A program made the translations under genes and the position numbers. A DNA stretch of 64,000 bases from Promethearchaeota archaeon (lineage in GTDB: Archaea > Asgardarchaeota > Lokiarchaeia > Sigyniarchaeales > SOKP01): contig JBHLOI010000006.1 in the NCBI GenBank assembly GCA_048940645.1, positions 1 to 64,000 of the forward strand. The letters run 5' to 3'. The notes under the pieces were generated by a model. It saw only the letters and a list, made by a program, of their open reading frames with translations. It searched no databases and was not told the origin of the DNA. Numbering within the stretch: position 1 is the first letter of the stretch; every line of letters begins with the position of its first letter. Positions 1-7,537 of this stretch are shown piece after piece.

Positions 1-468
1 TTTAGTAGAATTTTTCAGAAACTAAGTCCCGGAGGCTCAGCTAAAATGATATTAGATAGACCAGATAAACCATTTGAGGGTGGAATTAGCATTGAAGCAA
101 GACCTAGAGGCAAGAAAATATCAAGCTTAGAAATTCTAAGTGGAGGAGAAAAAACCTTAGTTGCTCTTTCATTCATATTTTCCATACAAGAGTTCTACCC
201 AGCTCCATTTTATATTTTAGATGAGATTGATGCAGCTCTTGATGGTCCAAATGTCCACAGAGTCTCCATGGTCCTAAAAGAGTTTTCCAAGCAAGCCCAA
301 TTTTTAGTTATAAGCCATAGAGAAGAGAACATCGTAAATGCGGACAGAATATATGGGGTATCTATGCAGCAATCGGGTATCACGGATGTATTTAGCGTTG
401 ACTTAGAGGAAGAGGCAAAAAGATTGCTTGAGCTTTCTGATGTTGAACCACAAATAGAAGAATTATAA
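1..468 (+). CDS. smc: Chromosome segregation protein SMC, C-terminal ATPase head (5'-truncated by window edge)
   Basis: Frame is open from base 1 (FSRIFQKLSPGGSAKM...). Signature LSGGEK, Walker B/D-loop YILDEIDAALD and H-loop VISH present; scpA and scpB lie downstream. Confidence 0.95.
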   Translation, partial: FSRIFQKLSPGGSAKMILDRPDKPFEGGISIEARPRGKKISSLEILSGGEKTLVALSFIFSIQEFYPAPFYILDEIDAALDGPNVHRVSMVLKEFSKQAQFLVISHREENIVNADRIYGVSMQQSGITDVFSVDLEEEAKRLLELSDVEPQIEEL

Positions 469-527
469 CTAATCGGATTATATTTGAATATTAGAATAAA
501 AAAAAAATGCCGTATAATGATTAGGTA

Positions 528-3500
528 TTAACGAGTACTCTGTATGAACATTCTTTCTTTTTTCTGTTCCTTTTCCCATTTCATGCGTTCTGAACGTAAT
601 TTAAAGAGATCTATATCCTTAAAAATCAATCCCTCCTCCTTTGCCTTCAGTTTTCTTTCAGTTCTATCTTTCTCAGGAGTGTGAATAAATGAATTTCCGA
701 ATTCTGCAATATTTGCAAAAAAACAGTACGCGTAGATTGATCTTCGGGCATCGAAATGCGCAGCATTAAAATCAGCTGTGACTGGAGTAAAGGCTGGATT
801 TAATATAATATCAACAGGGGGTTCAAAATTTTTCAATTCTACTCTTAAATCCATATCAAGAAAATCCCTACAAATTGCGATTGCTATTCTTCCGTATTCG
901 GTATTGCACACGATTGTGGTACTAGGCAAATTACTAACTTCTATCCCTTCTTTAAATCGTTCTCCTTCACCAGTACTTATAATTGCAGGGATATGTTTTT
1001 CCTGTTCCCAAAGGATCCCTTCTGGGCTATAAACCTTACTGATATTTCGTTTAGTATGTAGGTCATGGAACGATCCTGGGATGATATACATCCCATATAA
1101 TTTTGAAAAATCTGCTATTTCTTTAGCAATCTCACCATAATTAAGATCTATTGTCATTTCTGGGAAGAGTAAAATATTTACTCCCTCTTTGTGGGCATTA
1201 TCAACCATAACTTTAATCTTGGACATAAGTTCTTCAATTTTACCCTCTTTTACTGTTAGAAGACCTGAAGATTTTGTTTCAAATAGCTCTTCCACAATGT
1301 TACCCGTTTCAGAAACTCCAATTTGGGCAATTCCAATTCTGCATTCTCTTTTTTGAACTTTAGGATATTCTGTAATTAAATCCCTATAGACTAATTGATA
1401 CTTTCTCCGTTCTTTAGTTTCTAGCTGGCCTCGTCTCTCCTCATTACTGAATTGACGAGCTTCACTTAATCGAGGTGATTGGCTGCTTTCGAGGGGACAA
1501 GAAGGGGCTACTATGCCCGTGGTGCTACGGGATATTGAAGGTTCTTTTATAGTACTTAATGCTGAAATAAGAATTGATTCTTCTTTCTCAACTCTATTCA
1601 ATCGATCCTGAACTTCTTTCTCCTTATCTAGATACCCAGCTTTACCAAATAATTCTACTGCTGACTTTAAATATTGTGCGCCAATTCTTAAAAGTTTCCG
1701 TTTTCCTTGAAGATCTGTGATTTCATCAGCTTTGATTAACTGCCATGCCGCATCAAAATAAATGGAAGTCGCTTGTGCCCAGTCAGCACCACTCTCGAAT
1801 CCTCCCTTTTCATAAGAGTTAGCTGCTTTACTTAACATCTGTTTAACTTTTGGATATAATTCTTTTTTAAAGTCGATGTCAAAAGACTCATCAAATTTAC
1901 AGCCATATTCCAGAGCTTGACAAAAGGTTGAATTTCCAGACGCCAATAATTTTAATTTGGTATCCGTGAATAGATCACTAGCTCTTGCGAACAAGCTTGC
2001 TGCTTCAAAAAATCTATTTGGGTCTTCATATTCTTCAGCTAATTCCATATTTTCCCATGCTCTGCAAAGATAATAAACCGCTTCTAATTCCTCTCTTTCT
2101 CTTTTGATTTTGAATAGGAGACAAATGTCTCTAAATTGCGATGATGTGAGAGCGAATTTTTCTGCAGCTGCAATATGTTCCCCTTGCTTTCCTAAAATCC
2201 GTGCTTCTTCGAGATGTATTCTCGCAGTACAATGATTCACCCGTACTTGAGCTATTTTTTCAAATTTATTAATTCTCTCTTTGTCAAATTTTTCTCTTGA
2301 TCGCTTGTAGGATTTCATTAATGTCTTAATTGCTTCTTCAAAGATTTTCCCCGTTTTTTTAAAACTTTCTATGGCTTCTTCATGCTTTTCTTGTTTACTC
2401 AGTTGTTCTGCTTCCTCCAATGATATCCATCCAGAATAATACGATGCTTCATATCCATAGTTGGGTAAGTTTTTTAATATTTCATAAGCCTTCTCATAAT
2501 ATTCCTTGGATTGTTTGTGATTCTCACGATTATGATATGATTTAGCTTCTTCAATATAACTCCATGCGTGCACGTAATTAAATTTCTCGGTGATTCTATT
2601 CTTTAGTAGCTTATATTGTATCATTTGTAGTGACTTATTATAGGCGTTCTGAGCTTTCTTATAATTTTCAGCTGAAAGCATGTAATCACCCAAGCGATCT
2701 TCTATACGAGCAATATATTGATAACTTGCTGCTTCATAGGAAAAATAGTTCCTATCAACACTCTCTTTTATAGTGTGAAGAAAAATTTCTCTTGCTTGAT
2801 TTAAATCGGAAATATCGCTCGTTACAATGCCTAATTCTTCATATAATAATCCAATTCTCATTTGTTCTGTAAGAGCGCCTGTTCGAGATAAAATCGCAAA
2901 ATCAATTGATTTCTTTTGAGCCTCTATAGCCTTTCTAAGATGCGAGATTCTCTCTTCTTTATTTTTAGAGATATCCGCAAGAGTTTTATGAGCCTTATAA
3001 AGACTTGTATACCCTCCTGCTTGTGGAAATCCCCCTTCATATTTCAACCCGAATTGCCGTGCATTTTTTGCTTCTTGAAGCATAATTTGAGCATACTCCA
3101 ATTGTTTTAGTTTCGATTCTGCAAGAATGGCAAGTTGGGAGTAAGCTAATATCAGCCCTTGGTATAACCACGCTATAATAGGAGGGAAATTTGGTGTACT
3201 CATCGCTTCCTTTACGTATTGGAGCCCTTTTTCAGCATAGATTTTACGTTGTGCTGCAGTAAAAAAACTCCTCTGTGAAGAATTAGTATAATAAAGCGCA
3301 GGTACAACATTTCTCATAGAGCGATAAAGATTATGAGAAAGTGCATAGATCTTCCCTAATTCTGAACAGTTTTTGATATCACTAAGAATTCTCTTCTGGA
3401 GATAATTGATTCTGCCACTAAAAATTGCAAAATAATCTAGAAAAAAAATAATCACTAGCATATTACTTTTACTTTTCACTTTTCTGGCAAAATCTAAAGA

Positions 3501-4361
3501 TTTCTCTAAAAATTCTATTCCCTTAACAAGGTATTCCTCTTGTTCTCTTTCATCTTCGACGAACTGATATCCAGTGTAGCAATAGCAAACACCTGTTGCT
3601 GAATAAACTAGACTGAGGGCATAAGGATCATCTACCATATCAATAATAGCGATGCTTTTATTACATTCTTCCAAGAATTGGATTGTTTTCTCTCTCAAAT
3701 TTTCTTCTCTTTTAAAATCTTTGACTGACCATCCCATAAAATTAATAATGAGTCTCAAATTCAATGACTCAGATAAAAGCTGAATATTTCCAATGTTTTC
3801 TGAAATTTTCCAAGCTATATTAGCAGATTCACCTCCTTGTATGAAAACTTGTTCATATTCTTCTTGATTAATATTATAAGTCATGAGGAGATACGAACTT
3901 GATGCTGCACGGCACCATAATCTCGCAATACTTTCTTTATCACCCTCTTTGGAATAAATCTCACCTGATTCACTAAAAAGTTTAATCGCCTGAAGACTTG
4001 CCTTCTTACCTTCCACATCAGAAGTTGCAAGGAGCCCATTTATAAAATAAGTTTCTGCTTCACATTCAAGCTCTATAGATCTTTTTCCAAGTTGTTTAAA
4101 GAACATACTTGCCTCTTTATACGCTTTAATAGAACACTTAAGTTGTTTCAAATAATCTTCCGCAGTTTCTACCGTATCTGCGCCTCGGAAGTGAGTATAT
4201 CCAAGATTTTTATAACAAAAAGCTGCTCTTTCATCTTGATTATTATCCAAATAAAGCTTTACAACTTTCTCATATAAGGTTGCTGCTTCAATCCAATTAA
4301 ACTTTCTCTCTTCTTCCTGTGCCTTTTCAAGTAGTAACTCTTCATTTTCTACTATAGTCAT
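528..4361 (-). CDS. Large TPR/SNAP-like helical-repeat protein fused to a C-terminal carbon-nitrogen hydrolase (nitrilase) domain
   Basis: About 950 aa of A/Y/E/K-rich helical repeats, then RIGIAQ, LLFPEM (Glu), YIIPGS, QEKHIP (Lys) and GRIAIAICRDF (Cys), i.e. the E-K-C triad. Confidence 0.85.
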   Translation of the reverse strand: MTIVENEELLLEKAQEEERKFNWIEAATLYEKVVKLYLDNNQDERAAFCYKNLGYTHFRGADTVETAEDYLKQLKCSIKAYKEASMFFKQLGKRSIELECEAETYFINGLLATSDVEGKKASLQAIKLFSESGEIYSKEGDKESIARLWCRAASSSYLLMTYNINQEEYEQVFIQGGESANIAWKISENIGNIQLLSESLNLRLIINFMGWSVKDFKREENLREKTIQFLEECNKSIAIIDMVDDPYALSLVYSATGVCYCYTGYQFVEDEREQEEYLVKGIEFLEKSLDFARKVKSKSNMLVIIFFLDYFAIFSGRINYLQKRILSDIKNCSELGKIYALSHNLYRSMRNVVPALYYTNSSQRSFFTAAQRKIYAEKGLQYVKEAMSTPNFPPIIAWLYQGLILAYSQLAILAESKLKQLEYAQIMLQEAKNARQFGLKYEGGFPQAGGYTSLYKAHKTLADISKNKEERISHLRKAIEAQKKSIDFAILSRTGALTEQMRIGLLYEELGIVTSDISDLNQAREIFLHTIKESVDRNYFSYEAASYQYIARIEDRLGDYMLSAENYKKAQNAYNKSLQMIQYKLLKNRITEKFNYVHAWSYIEEAKSYHNRENHKQSKEYYEKAYEILKNLPNYGYEASYYSGWISLEEAEQLSKQEKHEEAIESFKKTGKIFEEAIKTLMKSYKRSREKFDKERINKFEKIAQVRVNHCTARIHLEEARILGKQGEHIAAAEKFALTSSQFRDICLLFKIKREREELEAVYYLCRAWENMELAEEYEDPNRFFEAASLFARASDLFTDTKLKLLASGNSTFCQALEYGCKFDESFDIDFKKELYPKVKQMLSKAANSYEKGGFESGADWAQATSIYFDAAWQLIKADEITDLQGKRKLLRIGAQYLKSAVELFGKAGYLDKEKEVQDRLNRVEKEESILISALSTIKEPSISRSTTGIVAPSCPLESSQSPRLSEARQFSNEERRGQLETKERRKYQLVYRDLITEYPKVQKRECRIGIAQIGVSETGNIVEELFETKSSGLLTVKEGKIEELMSKIKVMVDNAHKEGVNILLFPEMTIDLNYGEIAKEIADFSKLYGMYIIPGSFHDLHTKRNISKVYSPEGILWEQEKHIPAIISTGEGERFKEGIEVSNLPSTTIVCNTEYGRIAIAICRDFLDMDLRVELKNFEPPVDIILNPAFTPVTADFNAAHFDARRSIYAYCFFANIAEFGNSFIHTPEKDRTERKLKAKEEGLIFKDIDLFKLRSERMKWEKEQKKERMFIQSTR

Positions 4362-4940
4362 TTGAGATCATTGTTCGATATATTTATGTTCAGTTTCTAC
4401 CTACTTGTCTAGTATAAATTACTGTGAATGATTAATAAATATTCAGTTTAATCAAGAATTACAATAAATTGTATAAAAATATAAAAAAAGTGTAATAGAT
4501 AGAAATTAGGATCTCTCAATCTATAACTAATTCTTCTCTGGCACTTGCCAATTTCTTATGACATCGTCAATTTAAACTTCTATACATGAATATAAATTAA
4601 AATATAAGAAAATTAAAAAAAAAAAGTTACATCTCTTCTTTCTATCTGGTATTTTTTCAGTTTTAGTAATCATTTTGAGCAAGAAAGCTAAGAAATCCTA
4701 ATAACTAATTATTTTTTCACTTAAGTTTTATTGAAATCAGAAATTGAATTTACCTTTTTTTTATAATTTTTTTTCCAATGTTTTCCTATGAGACTGGAAG
4801 AATGATTCTATTGGAAGAATATTAATATTAAAATAGTTATAGTAGATATAAGAAAATAAATAAAAGTAATTAACCAAGAATATTTTCAAACCTAATTAAA
4901 TTAAATATACAGATTATTGTTAAACAATCAGTGATTTTTC

Positions 4941-5945
4941 ATGTCAAATGAAAAAAAATCAAAAAATGAGTATAATTTTAAAGATTGGACTGTAAGTCAA
5001 CTAAAAGAATTTGCTACGATAAATAATATAAAAATACCATCCAAATCTAAAAAGAATGATATAATAAAGTTGCTGAATGATGTAGTATCCCATCCTGAAT
5101 TTATAGATAGAACAAAGGAAGAAGAGTTAGATGAGGAATTAGAAGAAGAATTAATAGCGGGCGAAGAAGAAGATCCTGCTATATTACAAAAAGAAAAATT
5201 TGAGTTAAAATTTTGGCAAAAACCTCCTTTTTCTAGCTTACTAGATTTTGAGCTAGCAAAAGATTCAGATATAGCTTTCTATGATTTAGCTTCCCTAGTT
5301 GATAAGTTCTTTAGCAATATGCTTCACGAAGAATTGATCAATTATAAAATTTCTGGAATTGCACTAAAAAATTCTGCTTATTTACATCACTATAAAATAT
5401 CGAGTATTATAAAAGAAGAAGAAGAAATTCAAAAAAAAGAAGAACTTGAAAAATTCAGACAAACACATGGGAGATCAATTCCTAAAACCTTACCTCAACC
5501 CATTCAACCAAAATTGCTAGTATCTACTAAGGAAGAATTGTTTGAAGCTATGCGATCGGCAATTATAGAAACAATGCAAAATAAAGAAAAATTAAGACGA
5601 CGACGATTACGTAGAGAAGAATTAAAGGAACAAAGAATACAAATGAAATCAAAAGGTAAATTACCAAAAGAGTTATTAAAACATATTAGTGGTAGAGAAC
5701 AAAGTATAGAAGAATTACACGATTCTTGGTATAATAGAATAAAAGCAAAAACAGAATTTGATAATAAGGAAACGAGCTTTTTCGATATAACTGAAATAAT
5801 TAAAAATGAAGAAGAAAGTGATATAGATAAAAAGTTTGCGTTTGTAAAAATGTTCTTAGCATTAATGTTTTTATCTAATAATAATAGGCTAACTTTATCT
5901 CAAGATGAAGATTTTCAGGATTTTGTGATTACGCTAAAGAAATAA
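4941..5945 (+). CDS. scpA: Kleisin ScpA-like subunit with N-terminal HeH/Rho-N-like domain
   Basis: N-kleisin-like PPFSSLL..YDLASLVDKFF..SGIALKNSAYL; C-terminal winged-helix-like MFLALMFLSNNNRLTLSQDEDFQDFVI; directly upstream of scpB. Confidence 0.8.
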   Translation: MSNEKKSKNEYNFKDWTVSQLKEFATINNIKIPSKSKKNDIIKLLNDVVSHPEFIDRTKEEELDEELEEELIAGEEEDPAILQKEKFELKFWQKPPFSSLLDFELAKDSDIAFYDLASLVDKFFSNMLHEELINYKISGIALKNSAYLHHYKISSIIKEEEEIQKKEELEKFRQTHGRSIPKTLPQPIQPKLLVSTKEELFEAMRSAIIETMQNKEKLRRRRLRREELKEQRIQMKSKGKLPKELLKHISGREQSIEELHDSWYNRIKAKTEFDNKETSFFDITEIIKNEEESDIDKKFAFVKMFLALMFLSNNNRLTLSQDEDFQDFVITLKK

Positions 5946-5971
5946 TAATTTAAGCTATTAGGAGAAATATA

Positions 5972-6703
5972 ATGAAAGATAATAATCATGATAAATTTGT
6001 AAGTAATAATCAATTAAATAATGAGGAGAAATCTAACGATGCATCAATGACAAGAGATGAAAATAATGAAGAAGACCAAACATTATCTTTAACAAATGAA
6101 AAATTCAATGAAATGGGAGTTGAATCTGGATTACAACAGGAAGAACGCCCTCAAGAATCAGAATTTGCCGTAAAAATTGCATTAACTGACCTAAATCGAA
6201 ATTTAATTGAAGGAGCACTTTATGCTTCGGGAAGACCATTAGATATTGAAGAATTATCTACTAAATTAGAGCTTCCAAAAAAAGAAGTCGAGAAATTGGT
6301 CAATGAACTGGCATTTAACTATTTAGAACGCTCAAGTGCTCTTATAATTGCTCAGGTCGGTGAAAGGTTTCAAATGCAATTAAGACCAGAATACACAGAA
6401 CGAGTATCAAAATTTGCTAAAGGGGGTGGTATTTCAGAAGCTAATTTAAGAACCTTGACCGTAATTGCATTAAAACAACCAATTTTAAAATCAACTGTTG
6501 TAAAAATAAGGGGAAGTGGCGCTTATGAGCATGTTAAATATCTTTTAGATAATGATCTCATATCTGCTGTAAAGAAAGGAAGAACTCATGAATTAACAAC
6601 AACTGATAAATATGCTGATATGTTTGGCCTGCCTAAAAGTAAGGAAGAGCTTAAAAGAATGATGATCACACAGTTAGGAATCAAAGAAAATAATAAAGAA
6701 TAA
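5972..6703 (+). CDS. scpB: SMC-Scp complex subunit ScpB (kite)
   Basis: LIEGALYASGRPL, LRTLTVIALKQPI, IRGSGAYEHVKYL and TTDKYADMFGL motifs; acidic N-terminal extension. Confidence 0.93.
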   Translation: MKDNNHDKFVSNNQLNNEEKSNDASMTRDENNEEDQTLSLTNEKFNEMGVESGLQQEERPQESEFAVKIALTDLNRNLIEGALYASGRPLDIEELSTKLELPKKEVEKLVNELAFNYLERSSALIIAQVGERFQMQLRPEYTERVSKFAKGGGISEANLRTLTVIALKQPILKSTVVKIRGSGAYEHVKYLLDNDLISAVKKGRTHELTTTDKYADMFGLPKSKEELKRMMITQLGIKENNKE

Positions 6704-6716
6704 CACTAGGATCGTC

Positions 6717-7442
6717 TTATTTTAATAATTTAATTTTAAATATAAAATATGTCTTAAAAATCACCCAAAGTATCTTAAATAAGTAAATCATAGGATTTTT
6801 AATAAGTCTAGATTTACCAGAAGTTCTTTTATAACACTTAACAGGGATTTCTTTTATTTTGAAACCATATAGGCAGCATAGAATAAACATCTCTTGAGCA
6901 TAATTATAATTTCCTTTCTGATTTCGTACAAGGAATTTTGCTACTTTTTTATTAAATGCCCTATATGATGATTGTATATCATAAACTTGATCAAGTTTTA
7001 ATAGAATTTTGGATAAAAATATAGATAAAAATTTATTTCCTAACATCTTCATAAAATTGAGTTCATATCCAGTTTCATATAAAAAACGATTTCCAATTAC
7101 TAAATCCACCTGGTTATTTAAAATTGGAAATATTAGGGATTCTAAGTTTTTTGGATTGTATTGTCCATCACCATCTAAAATTACAATAATATCTGCTCCA
7201 ATTTTTAATGAATTTATTAGACCGTATTTGAAAGTAAATCCTAATCCTAAATTTTTTTTATTCGAAATTATTGTTGCGCCTGTACTTTTTGCCCGTTTAT
7301 ATGTTTTATCAGTGCTTCCATCATCAATTACGATTACTTCTTGCTTTAGATTTGCAATTGATGGGATATTTTTAATTACTCTAAGGATCGTATTTTCTTC
7401 ATTATAAGCTGGAATTACAACTACTAATTTTTCATTCCTCAT
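6717..7442 (-). CDS. GT2 glycosyltransferase (DPM1-like)
   Basis: VVIPAYNEE, VIDDGSTD, LDGDGQY (DxD) and DIQSSYRAF motifs. Confidence 0.9.
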   Translation of the reverse strand: MRNEKLVVVIPAYNEENTILRVIKNIPSIANLKQEVIVIDDGSTDKTYKRAKSTGATIISNKKNLGLGFTFKYGLINSLKIGADIIVILDGDGQYNPKNLESLIFPILNNQVDLVIGNRFLYETGYELNFMKMLGNKFLSIFLSKILLKLDQVYDIQSSYRAFNKKVAKFLVRNQKGNYNYAQEMFILCCLYGFKIKEIPVKCYKRTSGKSRLIKNPMIYLFKILWVIFKTYFIFKIKLLK

Positions 7443-7537
7443 TAAATCTCGTTTTATTAAAAGGGCATTTTGTAATCTCTTATAATTATATATATTAAAA
7501 TAGAGAATTTAACAATTTTATGTTAAAGTATCTTTTG

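Noticed and set aside
1-6703. SMC-ScpAB as a Wadjet/MksBEFG defence system
   Set aside because: The SMC head and ScpB look canonical, and no JetD/MksG nuclease is adjacent; top6A is 20 kb away and paired with top6B.
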